DNA of 41,377 bases. It comes from Vampirovibrionaceae bacterium NZW_1234. Its GTDB lineage: Bacteria > Cyanobacteriota > Vampirovibrionia > Vampirovibrionales > JAGQHJ01. The stretch spans positions 1-41,377 of the forward strand of contig JBGUGD010000033.1 of assembly GCA_041697335.1 (NCBI GenBank), in the 5' to 3' direction. The translations under genes were made by a program, and so were the position numbers. This document shows, in pieces, positions 1 through 9,151 of this stretch (positions within the stretch are counted from its first letter, which is position 1; every line of letters starts with the position of its first letter). The notes below the pieces were generated by a model. The model searched no databases. It had not been told where the DNA came from and worked only from the letters and a program-made list of their open reading frames with translations.

Positions 1-918
1 GGGAAGCTCTCGCCCTGGGTGGAAGGCAACTTGAAACCGTTTAAAGTAGCCGACCTGGTGGGGACGGAAAATGCCGAAGCCTTCCCGGTGCTGATGGATG
101 CTGAGGGCAATCTGACGGACAAGAACAATGTGCCGCTGCGTATGATGGACACCCATCCCTCGATCGCTCATTTATCAGTCCTAGGACGCAAGCTCAAAGA
201 GGGCGAAAAAATCGAGCAGCCCATTCAGGAGCTTCTGGGTGAGCTGTCGGGCGAGACCCTCAAGGACGATTTCTCCAACCTGGTCATTCCCAAAGAGGCC
301 ATCAAAACCGACTTGAACCAGAAATCCACGGAAAAGCAAGCCAAGTACGAACAGGCCTTAAAACTGATGCAATTTGCCATGGCCGATATTAAATCGCAGC
401 TCAATAATAAATCCCTGCCACCGGAAAAGCGCAAGGAACTGACCGCTCGCCTGGAGACCCTGAAAAAAGCCTATGAGAAGGCATGGCAGCCTCAGCGAGA
501 CGTTTTTAACGGTCAAATCCAAGAGGCCACGAAAAAGCTTCAGGCCTTGAGCCCCAGCGATCCGGAGTTTGACAACAAGCGGGCTGCCATTGCCAAGGAG
601 CTGGGGAAGACCATGGCCTGGATTATTAAACTGGGCAACCGTGAAAACAAGCTTAGAGCGCTGACCTATCTGTCTATCAACAACGCCCCGCCGCCGGAAG
701 ATTATATGAGAGCCACGCTCGGGTTCTTTAACCTGAACCTGCTGGACCCCGAGGATGTGGAGTGCTTCAAGCAGGTGGCTGCGCTGTACAAGAGCTGGAA
801 TACCCCCAAGCTGACCGAGAATCGTCAGAAACAAGTCGAAGCCGACATCAAGGCCCTTCAGGATCTGATTAACATCGATTCGGAGAAAAAGCCCACGATC
901 ACGGCCAAGAAGGATTAG
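1..918 (+). CDS. Hypothetical K/E-rich alpha-helical protein, 5'-truncated by the window edge
   Basis: Frame is open from base 1 (GKLSPWVEGN...) to TAG at 916-918. Composition is coiled-coil-like; no catalytic motif recognised. Confidence 0.75.
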   Translation, partial: GKLSPWVEGNLKPFKVADLVGTENAEAFPVLMDAEGNLTDKNNVPLRMMDTHPSIAHLSVLGRKLKEGEKIEQPIQELLGELSGETLKDDFSNLVIPKEAIKTDLNQKSTEKQAKYEQALKLMQFAMADIKSQLNNKSLPPEKRKELTARLETLKKAYEKAWQPQRDVFNGQIQEATKKLQALSPSDPEFDNKRAAIAKELGKTMAWIIKLGNRENKLRALTYLSINNAPPPEDYMRATLGFFNLNLLDPEDVECFKQVAALYKSWNTPKLTENRQKQVEADIKALQDLINIDSEKKPTITAKKD

Positions 919-981
919 CCGGTATAAATCCTAAAAGAACATTAACCCTAACACAAACACAGTGAGCTCCTGTTTTTATAT

Positions 982-1026
982 ACATAGTGGGTAATAAGTC
1001 ATCTGAAGTATGACTTTCTACTATGT
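982..1026 (+). promoter_or_regulatory. Nested inverted repeat / stem-loop upstream of the large helical-protein gene
   Basis: ACATAGT (982-988) pairs with ACTATGT (1020-1026), and AAGTCAT (996-1002) pairs with ATGACTT (1010-1016). Function unknown. Confidence 0.35.
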
Positions 1027-1056
1027 GTGTGTGGCCTAAACTGGAGTTATGGTGCA

Positions 1057-3978
1057 ATGTTTTCTCGGCAAATGGACCCGGATAGCCTTAACCTGAATGG
1101 TTTTATGGCAGGGTCGAAACTGAAATCAAGACCGAAAACGGAGGTAATACCTCGCCCGGTATCGACGTCACCCATGGAAGTTCCTTTTGATTTAGGCGGC
1201 ATACCCACCATGCCGGTGCAGTATGTTAAATATACGCCTGCCAGGCCGCTGACCTCTGCCAAGAGTGTTCCGATTGCGACGAAGCCCGATCGGGAGCAGT
1301 TGGATGAGTGGGCAGAAGGGTATTCTCCCATATTCCCGATTGACAGCGCCGATTACCTTGACCGGCTCCAAGGGTTGATTGATAAGTTCCCTGCCGTGGA
1401 TCAATTCATCGCTGAGGCCAAGGCCAAGAAAAAAGAGTATATTACGGAACGCTATGCTGCTGCTGGCAGAATCGCGGATGAAAAAGAACGTCTCAGGGAA
1501 CTTGAGCGTGTCAAACGCCTGGAAAAAGATTTGGATCCCGTTACAAAGCACATTAGCGACAACGTTTATGAATTGAGCCGACTCGGTCGGGAGTATACAC
1601 AGGCCTACCTCAGAAACTTTACGAAGGCTCTGGATATTAATAAAGAGGCCTATAAACCGATCTCGGTGGACAAGAATCTCATTGATAAATATCGCGGCAT
1701 CAAGGGCAAAGATAACGATGAAACAATACGTTTACGAAAAGAATTTGTAGACGGCCTTTACAAGGATTCTCCGACCCAAAAAGCCATCGATCAGATGGAG
1801 ACGGCCATTAAAAACTTTGATAAAAACCATGAAAAAATTGTGAAACTGCTGGAAGGTTGGAAAGAACGCTATAGCCAGATTTTAGGGCCAAATGTAGAAA
1901 GCCAGCGCCTTATGCAGGTCTTATACGACATCAAGCACAAAAAAGAACAAATGATGGCGGTTAAAGGCCTGCTGGAAAACGTGAAAAACATCACTGATCT
2001 GGAATTGACCATGAAGTCAATCCCCGAGGACCAGAAAGACGAACTGAGGAAAAACGTTAAAAAGAATATTGAGGAAATCCGGAAAAACTCGTCCTGGTTA
2101 TCTCGTCGTGGAGACGACGTTCTGGATTGGTTTAATTCCGGAAGCTCGGGGACTCAGGAAGATCTCTTGAAAAAGATCGAAAATGCTGATTTTTCGAACC
2201 TCAATGAAGTGTTCAAGGAAGTCGATAAACTCAAGGGCAAATACACCGAAAAGCTGACGGAAGCCATGCCCAAAATTAAAAATAACATGGAAGCCATGCA
2301 AAAAGATTTGGAAGCCATGTCCAAGGGCTTTTTCGCAATCAGTCGAAATCCTGAAGTGGCCAAGAGTGAAAAACAAAAAGACCTTATTTTGGCAACTGTT
2401 GAACGCGTGACGGGTGAATATAACGTCAAAAATGAAGAGACGGATAAAATCATTAACGGAGTTAATGAGGCGTTTGCCGAGATCCAGAAAAAGCTGCAAG
2501 CAGCTATCAATGAGGGTAATAAAGATTTAGGCTCGTTACAGAATATTATCAGTACCGAATTGAATAACTATATCTCACGGTTAACGACAGCAACGCTGGC
2601 TGCTGCAGCCGTTTTAATGATAGCCATTACCGTTGCTTCGGCAGGGTTGTGCTCTTGGCTTGGAGGGGCTATTGCAGGAACGCTGGGTACTGGAGCCGCA
2701 GGGACAGCAGCGAGCATCGCCACCAATATGGTTGTTGGTGCAACTGTGAACGTTTTAGCCGGTATGGCGATGAGACCCAATCCGACTGTTAAAGATGCCT
2801 GTATTGATTTCTTATTAGGACTTTGTTTAAGCGGTGGTGTTATGGCTACTGAAGCCGCATTAGCCAAGAGCGTTGCCATGGGCTTTAGCAAATTTGGCAT
2901 TCAGTTTGTCAAAAATAACCATGGCGTTGTTACCGGGTTCACCCGAGTTATGGAAGGTGGAAAAGTCGTTTTAACGCCTCTGACAGGCGCTTCCCGATTC
3001 GCTTCCGGGACCTGGGCGAGTGTCGTTAAACCGGGCCTTATCGGTGCCGCAATGATGCCTGCTTTCCATGCCCTGGAAGTCAAGCTAAGAGATATGACTG
3101 GCTGGAAACGACCAGGGTATAACAAGCCTTGGACGGCAGACGAATGGAAGCTTAATTTGGGCTTTGGCGCTTTCATGGGTGTCTTATGCCACAATACAGC
3201 GATGTATACCAGCGCCAAGATCGATCCTTACTTGCGCAACAATAATATTGATCCTTTAAAAACGTTGAAACTGGACAAAAAACCCCAAGAGCTCACTCGT
3301 TCGGAAATTAACACCCGAACCAACGAGGCTCTGGAGGAAGTTTATAAGGGCTATGAAGGACCCCAGAAAAAGCAAACCAACGAAGTCGACGTTGGTGGTA
3401 AGAAGGTTCCTCAGGAAGAATCCACAGCGGACTGGGCGGCCCGTAATTATGAAAAACTCGAATTCCAGTATGGTGATCGCCAAAACCCCTATAAAAAAGG
3501 CGACCCGAAATACGAAGAGTTTGAGGCCAAACTCAAGGAAATTCCCGAAGTCAAACCGGAGCCCAATAGCCCTGATTATAAGCTTTATCTGGAGCTTAAA
3601 AAGGTCTTTTTCTCCCAAAGCAATGTTTTACGTTCCTATAACGAGGCCTTGCTGTTGGGCATGAAAAAAGGCGGCAACATCAAGGAAAGCTTCCAAAAGA
3701 CCTTTGGCAAGGACCCTGAAGCCATTAAGGATATGGCCGAATTGGAGGCCCTTGTCCTGGCAAAATATAGAGATACCGTACCGCCCAAAGAAGACCTTGA
3801 GCTCATTGAAAAAATGATTATCGCCAGGACGCTGATGAAGAAGCCCCTGTCTGATGTCAAAGTCACCAATAAGGGCATTGAAATTGAGGAGGTGCAACAA
3901 CCCGAGAAACGACCTTCTGTCGGGGTGGAGGATTTGACACGTCTAGCGCCCCCAAGTTCTGATCCGATAAGGGTTTAG
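1057..3978 (+). CDS. Large coiled-coil protein with central Gly/Ala-rich hydrophobic segments (putative membrane-inserting/translocator-like protein)
   Basis: Long ORF; ATG 1057 follows GGAG (the track's start is GTG 1027). About 500 aa of K/E-rich helix precede AAAVLMIAITVASAGLCSWLGGAIAGTLGTGAAG... and further hydrophobic stretches, then a charged C-terminal domain. Confidence 0.8.
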   Translation: MFSRQMDPDSLNLNGFMAGSKLKSRPKTEVIPRPVSTSPMEVPFDLGGIPTMPVQYVKYTPARPLTSAKSVPIATKPDREQLDEWAEGYSPIFPIDSADYLDRLQGLIDKFPAVDQFIAEAKAKKKEYITERYAAAGRIADEKERLRELERVKRLEKDLDPVTKHISDNVYELSRLGREYTQAYLRNFTKALDINKEAYKPISVDKNLIDKYRGIKGKDNDETIRLRKEFVDGLYKDSPTQKAIDQMETAIKNFDKNHEKIVKLLEGWKERYSQILGPNVESQRLMQVLYDIKHKKEQMMAVKGLLENVKNITDLELTMKSIPEDQKDELRKNVKKNIEEIRKNSSWLSRRGDDVLDWFNSGSSGTQEDLLKKIENADFSNLNEVFKEVDKLKGKYTEKLTEAMPKIKNNMEAMQKDLEAMSKGFFAISRNPEVAKSEKQKDLILATVERVTGEYNVKNEETDKIINGVNEAFAEIQKKLQAAINEGNKDLGSLQNIISTELNNYISRLTTATLAAAAVLMIAITVASAGLCSWLGGAIAGTLGTGAAGTAASIATNMVVGATVNVLAGMAMRPNPTVKDACIDFLLGLCLSGGVMATEAALAKSVAMGFSKFGIQFVKNNHGVVTGFTRVMEGGKVVLTPLTGASRFASGTWASVVKPGLIGAAMMPAFHALEVKLRDMTGWKRPGYNKPWTADEWKLNLGFGAFMGVLCHNTAMYTSAKIDPYLRNNNIDPLKTLKLDKKPQELTRSEINTRTNEALEEVYKGYEGPQKKQTNEVDVGGKKVPQEESTADWAARNYEKLEFQYGDRQNPYKKGDPKYEEFEAKLKEIPEVKPEPNSPDYKLYLELKKVFFSQSNVLRSYNEALLLGMKKGGNIKESFQKTFGKDPEAIKDMAELEALVLAKYRDTVPPKEDLELIEKMIIARTLMKKPLSDVKVTNKGIEIEEVQQPEKRPSVGVEDLTRLAPPSSDPIRV

Positions 3979-4033
3979 GCCCGGATTCACAATCCAATTG
4001 ATTTATTAATAGAGGCTATGGAAATCGTACACT

Positions 4034-5536
4034 ATGTCGTCAATTAACTTGTTAACAAGTCTAAGCGCGTTAAGCCTGGGTGCACCTCCTGTCACGGCGG
4101 CGACCCCCGTTACGCATACTATTAAGGCACCTCCCGCGGAGCTGCCCACGCCCGGGGCGGGAATTCCGAAGGTGGAACTCCCCCGAATCGAGTTTCCGGC
4201 GGAAGCAGTCAAAATCTTTCGAGGCAAGCTGTCGGAGCCTGAGGCCAAGCGCCTTTTTGGCGAAGAAACCCTGAAGCCGGGCCAGAAAATGGCGCTGGAG
4301 GGCAAACAGGTCGAAGACTTCATGGACGTGTTTCGGGGGCTGAACAAGACCAAACAGGACGAGATCCTCAAGGAACTCAGAACCTCCCCCGAACTGAAGG
4401 ATCTGCCGGAGATGATCCCGCTGATCAAGGCCATGGAAATTGCCAGAACGCCCAATACCACGCTCAAATTTGAGCCGCCGAAACTGGAGGCACCGAAAAC
4501 AGTACCCACTGAGGAAAAAAAGCCGGTAGAGGTCGCGCCTGAAAAGTCCCCTGGCGAGAAAAAGCCGACCGTCAGTAACGATGATTTGGGTGAGGCCGTC
4601 GTACCTGGGAAAGGTCCAGCCGAATTTAAAACGGAATTGGAAAAGATCTTCAAGGAATTCCCCGAGCCCCTGGAAGCCATTGAACTTGCGCGAGCAGAGG
4701 CGGGCACGGATGCGGCCAAACTGACAGCCTTGAAAGAGTATTTGCCGGACTATCTGAAAACGCTCAAGCCCGAACAAATCACGCAATTAAAAGCAAAATT
4801 ACAGGACGCCTCCACCAAGTCCAAAGACATGAAAGCCCTGCAAGAGTCCCTTGCCAATAAGCTTGATCTGGCCAAAGCCTTGGTCGAAGCGAAATTAGCC
4901 GACGCCAAACTGGTGACGACCGTAAGGCAAAATGCCCAACAAGAAGCACTGACGCTGATGAAAGAGGGCAAGCTCAAAACGGTCGATGAGTATAAAGCGG
5001 CCCAAAGCATTTTAGAGCGAGACCAGTTTAGCCAGGCCATTCGTGATCGGTTTGAAGTTATGGCCGAAACTCTGAAAACGGGTAATTTGACGACCCAGGA
5101 TGCTAAGGAGCTGATTAGACTGGGCAACGATCTGGCCAAAGAACTGGGCCTGGGCAAACCCTGGGAAAAAGCCATGGGAGACAAAGGCTTTAACCCGGAT
5201 GGCACACTCAAGCCGCCGGGTGGCATTCCCAAGGCCAGAGCAGACTATCTGCCACCCAAAGAAGCTGAGCAACGCCTCATCGACCTGGGCTTCGAAGAAA
5301 TCCCCGGCCAAACCAGCAAAGGTGAAAAACTGTACTACGACAAGAAAAATAATGTGGCCTGGACCATTGATAAACCTGTCACCGCCAGTAGCGATTCCTC
5401 ATCGCATGGCTCCAAGAGTGGGGACTCCAAAGGTGCCGGGACCTATAAAGCCTACCCGATGAAGGGGGGCAAAGCCAATTTACAGGCAGAACGTTTCGGG
5501 ACCTATGACGCTAACTTCCGATGGATTCGGGAGTAG
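4034..5536 (+). CDS. Polymorphic-toxin-like protein with C-terminal Ntox21-like (CdiA-CT ECL / colicin E3-fold) RNase domain
   Basis: C-terminus KEAEQRLIDLGFEE...SKGEKLYY...WTID...H...GTYKA...RFGTYDANFRWIRE* follows the Ntox21 pattern as recalled (LGY..SHGQ.VY...ITPD.DGH.GG.WK...R.GTYD.NL.RIGD). N-terminus is P/T-rich, then helical. Confidence 0.75.
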   Translation: MSSINLLTSLSALSLGAPPVTAATPVTHTIKAPPAELPTPGAGIPKVELPRIEFPAEAVKIFRGKLSEPEAKRLFGEETLKPGQKMALEGKQVEDFMDVFRGLNKTKQDEILKELRTSPELKDLPEMIPLIKAMEIARTPNTTLKFEPPKLEAPKTVPTEEKKPVEVAPEKSPGEKKPTVSNDDLGEAVVPGKGPAEFKTELEKIFKEFPEPLEAIELARAEAGTDAAKLTALKEYLPDYLKTLKPEQITQLKAKLQDASTKSKDMKALQESLANKLDLAKALVEAKLADAKLVTTVRQNAQQEALTLMKEGKLKTVDEYKAAQSILERDQFSQAIRDRFEVMAETLKTGNLTTQDAKELIRLGNDLAKELGLGKPWEKAMGDKGFNPDGTLKPPGGIPKARADYLPPKEAEQRLIDLGFEEIPGQTSKGEKLYYDKKNNVAWTIDKPVTASSDSSSHGSKSGDSKGAGTYKAYPMKGGKANLQAERFGTYDANFRWIRE

Positions 5537-6884
5537 TCACCAACGGCTTAACCCGGGCGTTAAACCCCTGCTCTGTCAGAATGTCCTGAAGCAGCGCGGG
5601 AAGCTGGCGGTTGATTTGCTCGCTGAGCGTTTCATCTACCCCGGTGTAGCCAATGCCACCCACCACGTTGAGCTTGGATGCCGGATACCGCAAGGCCAGT
5701 TGAACCGCCCCGGGTTTGTCTTCCGGCTTTAAATACCAGATCATATGGCTGGCTTTTTGATGGGTTGCTGGGTAATGCGTGAGTGCGTGCTCATAGGCTT
5801 CTTTTCGCTGCTCCTCCGGCAGGCGATGGATCAGATGCGCCGCCCAGGCCGTAATGTCCGGATGCGGCAGCGCCTTCTTGAACAGCTCAAAGCGCAGTTC
5901 CGGTGAATAATCCCCCAGGCGCCGGATGGTTTCCAACCTTGTGGCGGGAAGCTTTAACCCGTTCTCAAAAAGGGCGACCTGCTCTTTTTCAGGCAACTCT
6001 TGGGGTTTCGGCAGGGGCTTGGGGGCGTTGATGCCTTCATCGGAAGACGTCGATGCCTCTTTTGCGTCGGAGTCTGTCCCCCCGGGGCTGGCCGCGTAGC
6101 AAATCCCGCCTTTATCCCACAGAATCTTCCTGGGGCTTCGGTTGAGCCCTTCATCATCGTGGAGCTGAAGGTTGAATCGCTTCATCACGTCTTTCAGCCA
6201 CGGGCCTCCCCGTTGGTTTGGGTCCTCTTCGGGGCTTATCCATTCATCCAGAAGCCAGCCCGCCTTGGGGTTTCCGGCATAAAACCGACTGCAATCCTTA
6301 ATCGCCCATTGCGACAGGAATTGTCCGGCAGCAATTTCGCCCCAGGCCCCATGCATGGCGACATTCTCGGGAAAGAAAAATACTTTGAACAGAAAGCTGT
6401 CCTGTGGGGTCGTCAGCCGATACGTCTTGCCGCCGAGCTTTCCTTTGGCCACAAATTCACACGTGATCGTTTGACTCTCCGTGCGTTTCGGATCCACGGA
6501 AAACTGAAAAGCCGGAAGCGGGTCGTTGTCCAAGGTTCTGAGAACCGACGCAAGCTTGTCCAATTGTAGCCAGGCAATTGTGGCGGGTGTCTTCCCGATG
6601 AGCTTGTGGGGAAGTTTGCCCACGTGAGGGGATTTGGCACCCTCAATGAGTGTCACCAACGCCTCCGGGGACACCAGCCGTTGCCGACACTCCCAGCTGA
6701 CATCCACGGGCTTGGCCTTGCTGCCAAAGGCAGGCCCTTTGGGGTGGCAGGTAAAGACATCCTGCAAAGGCTGCCCCCAGCTCAGAGGCTTCGGCGGCCA
6801 CGCGTTGTTCGGCACGTGTTGACGTGTGCGTAGATTACCGGTGGCGAGAGGAATTGTGCGAATACTCGGCATAGCTTGCCCCAC
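5511..6884 (-). CDS. Atypical protein-kinase-like domain plus C-terminal helical (HEAT/ARM-like) repeats
   Basis: Gly loop AKGKLGGKTY, beta3 Lys LFKVF, helix-C Glu WGEIAA, hinge WLLDEWI, catalytic-loop-like LHDDEGLN, DFG-equivalent LWDKGG. Start is GTG 6884 after GGAGG, or ATG 6872. Overlaps the toxin gene 3' end convergently by 26 bp. Confidence 0.7.
   Translation of the reverse strand: MGQAMPSIRTIPLATGNLRTRQHVPNNAWPPKPLSWGQPLQDVFTCHPKGPAFGSKAKPVDVSWECRQRLVSPEALVTLIEGAKSPHVGKLPHKLIGKTPATIAWLQLDKLASVLRTLDNDPLPAFQFSVDPKRTESQTITCEFVAKGKLGGKTYRLTTPQDSFLFKVFFFPENVAMHGAWGEIAAGQFLSQWAIKDCSRFYAGNPKAGWLLDEWISPEEDPNQRGGPWLKDVMKRFNLQLHDDEGLNRSPRKILWDKGGICYAASPGGTDSDAKEASTSSDEGINAPKPLPKPQELPEKEQVALFENGLKLPATRLETIRRLGDYSPELRFELFKKALPHPDITAWAAHLIHRLPEEQRKEAYEHALTHYPATHQKASHMIWYLKPEDKPGAVQLALRYPASKLNVVGGIGYTGVDETLSEQINRQLPALLQDILTEQGFNARVKPLVTTPESIGS
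5645..5996 (-). repeat. Four ~29-30 aa tandem helical protein repeats
   Basis: LPEKEQVALFENGLKLPAT.. / YSPELRFELFKKALPHPDI.. / LPEEQRKEAYEHALTHYPAT.. / LKPEDKPGAVQLALRYPAS.. Confidence 0.65.
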
Positions 6885-7061
6885 TGTGATGCTTCCTCCA
6901 ATGAAATCCCTCAATCTTTAAAATTGCCCCCACCAAACCCTTTTTCCAAAAACGTGTCGAATTTAACCCCCCTTCGGCAACGATAGGATGGCAATCCCTA
7001 TTTCAAAGAGTCGCCCTCTTGGCTCAGCAAGGGGGCTGGGCCAGTCTGGAGCACGGCAGTT

Positions 7062-7895
7062 TTACTTCAAAAATTGTTGAATTGCTTTCACGGCTTTTTC
7101 ATCCACATCTTTTTCCTCGGTATTTTCTAAAGCCGGATCATCCGGTGACATTTGTGAAACGAATTCAACATCTTGGAGTGGAACTTCTTTGGTAAAAACA
7201 ATTTCTGGTGCATCAATTTTGGAATTTGTATGGATATATTCGTTTAAAGTCATGCCTTTACGCGCGTGGTCAATTTCGTGCTGATGAGCATGGTAGTGTT
7301 CCTTCATCAACTCCTGGAATATCCGAGGAAAGGCACTCGTAAACTCTTCGCCAGGCTTCAATTTTTGTTTGATTTTTTTCTCGTCGACAATGCTGGAATG
7401 GGGTGTCGCTTGATAAAGAGTATCATCCCAATTCACATCCCGAATTCGAATGGTATCATATTCTGATTTAGGGACTTTGACTTTTAAAAGGACTATCTTG
7501 TCCCCACGGTCTACTTTTCTTCTGATAAACGTGAGGAGCCGCCATAAACGACTATTTTTTCTCCACCCTTTAAGGTTCTCCAGATCTAACGTAAAAATAC
7601 CTTTAATATCCTCCCAAGAGTCAACACCCATTTCATGCTTGCTGGGTATCAGCTTCCCTGACGCTTGAATTTTTTGCCAGAGCCTGCCAGATGTAAAATG
7701 ATAAACAAAATTGGGCAGCTTTCTTGCCTTGTTGTCTGTTTTTACCGTTGTTTCTCCAGAGCAGGCCTCATTGACCCCTGTGCTCATTGGAGCAACCGGA
7801 GTGGACGAAAATCGAACCCCTGTCGGCGAATTTTGCAGACGTATTGGGTCAATTCGTGTTGCGAATTTGGATGTCTGAGTTAGAGCTAGAGACAT
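7062..7895 (-). CDS. Putative ADP-ribosyltransferase-fold protein (His-type ART)
   Basis: VYHFTS..WQKIQASGKLIPS (His strand plus helix), KGIFTLD (aromatic strand), VLLKVKVP, and late APEIVFTKEVPLQDVEFV (candidate catalytic Glu strand). GGGGGGA SD-like sequence lies before ATG 7895. Confidence 0.6.
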   Translation of the reverse strand: MSLALTQTSKFATRIDPIRLQNSPTGVRFSSTPVAPMSTGVNEACSGETTVKTDNKARKLPNFVYHFTSGRLWQKIQASGKLIPSKHEMGVDSWEDIKGIFTLDLENLKGWRKNSRLWRLLTFIRRKVDRGDKIVLLKVKVPKSEYDTIRIRDVNWDDTLYQATPHSSIVDEKKIKQKLKPGEEFTSAFPRIFQELMKEHYHAHQHEIDHARKGMTLNEYIHTNSKIDAPEIVFTKEVPLQDVEFVSQMSPDDPALENTEEKDVDEKAVKAIQQFLK

Positions 7896-8084
7896 TCCCC
7901 CCTCGTCCTTTGTTGTTTGGTGTCAGCATAATAAGTTCGCTGAAACTGCGTTTGTGATGATTTGTGTCCTATTGTTTACAGGTCATCACCGGTGTGGCGA
8001 ACGGCGATCGAGTGTGTCCCTTAAATCAGGGTGATGCGAGCCTTCATAGGGGCGGTTTGTTAATTCAGCATAGTTGCATACGTG

Positions 8085-8117
8085 CCCTTTTTATCCGTGC
8101 CCGGGTGATAAAAAGGG
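8085..8117. promoter_or_regulatory. Perfect 11-bp inverted repeat in a divergent intergenic region (operator or hairpin)
   Basis: CCCTTTTTATC (8085-8095), 11-nt spacer, GATAAAAAGGG (8107-8117). Confidence 0.4.
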
Positions 8118-8322
8118 TCTGAAGGCGTCCATCGCAAAGAATAGAAACAATATTAGACACATGGTGAGTAGCCTATGGCGCAGGTCATCTTAAGATGAAG
8201 GAGGGTTCTCGAGTATACTTGGAGGTGAGCTTGCGACCAAGGGAGCTGATTGGTTCATCCCAACACAAGGGAGCCTGCTTCGCACCCATGAATTTGACCC
8301 GTCATAATCGAAAAGAGACGCG

Positions 8323-8667
8323 ATGATTGAACTGTGGATTAAAGAGATCATTTCATTTTTGGCCATTGCTATTGAAGCGATTGCTGCTCTTTTCATTGGG
8401 ATAGGGGCGATAGAAGGGGTCAAAAATACATTTGCGAACCTCTCCTCGAAGAATGCTCATAAGGAATCACGACTTCGCCTTGGAAGATGGCTCGCCTTAG
8501 CTTTGGAGTTTTCGTTGGCGGCAGATGTTTTAAGAACGGCGGTGTCACCGACATGGAATGAAATAGGCCAGCTCGCTGCCATTGCCACGATTCGGACGGC
8601 CTTAAATTATTTTCTTGAGAGAGAAATTGATCGGCAAGAACGGACTTCAGAGAGTGCCGATATTTGA
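8323..8667 (+). CDS. DUF1622 family small membrane protein
   Basis: RLRLGRWLALALEFSLAADVLRTAVSPTWNEIGQLAAIATIRTALNYFLERE is the typical family signature. Confidence 0.9.
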   Translation: MIELWIKEIISFLAIAIEAIAALFIGIGAIEGVKNTFANLSSKNAHKESRLRLGRWLALALEFSLAADVLRTAVSPTWNEIGQLAAIATIRTALNYFLEREIDRQERTSESADI

Positions 8668-8977
8668 AGAAATTGTTTTGAAAGCTGCCATTGCTTTTCT
8701 GAATCTTGTTGTTGCGGGTATTTTTAGCAGGTCTCTATTTCTTGCAATGTCCTTGCTTCCTGACCTTAAAGCGGCCCAGATAGAAATGTTGGGAGGCGTA
8801 TTGTATGGGTTTGATTTTATCTTGGCTGGTACCCTCCTGAAGACGTTAATCGTAAAAGATTGGCAACAGTTGTTGATGTTAGTTGCAATTTTATTACTCC
8901 GCACTATGGTGAAAACAGCGTTTGCTTGGCAAAACGCGTTTCTCTCGAAACAAAGTTCATATAAAAGCCACGGATAA
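8654..8977 (+). CDS. DUF1622-like membrane protein (divergent second member)
   Basis: GFDFILAGTLLKTL..DWQQLLMLVAILLLRT parallels the DUF1622 motif. GTG 8654 overlaps the upstream gene end; start uncertain. Confidence 0.7.
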   Translation: MPIFEEIVLKAAIAFLNLVVAGIFSRSLFLAMSLLPDLKAAQIEMLGGVLYGFDFILAGTLLKTLIVKDWQQLLMLVAILLLRTMVKTAFAWQNAFLSKQSSYKSHG

Positions 8978-9151
8978 ACACTCACTCCAAATAATCATTC
9001 GAGTTGTTTATGCGCTTTTCTCTCACCCCTTTATTTATTGGCAAGAGGTCCCGTGAAGCTGTAAGTAATGTAGGGACAGTATGAGAGAGTTTAGCAGGTT
9101 GTTTATGGCCGGGTTATTATTTTTCAGGGGGCGCTTAGGTCTATCCGGAGC

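Noticed and set aside
3241..3350. IDPLKTLKL...RSEI resembles the start of a DnaJ J-domain
   Set aside because: No HPD motif follows; the similarity is too short.
3940..3970. CCGATAA as a sigma-28-type -10 element upstream of the toxin gene
   Set aside because: No properly spaced TAAA -35 element, and it lies inside the upstream coding sequence.
5505..5732. 75-aa + strand ORF after the toxin as a possible immunity gene
   Set aside because: Lies almost entirely antisense to the kinase gene's C-terminal coding region, has no clear SD, and reads like a shadow ORF.
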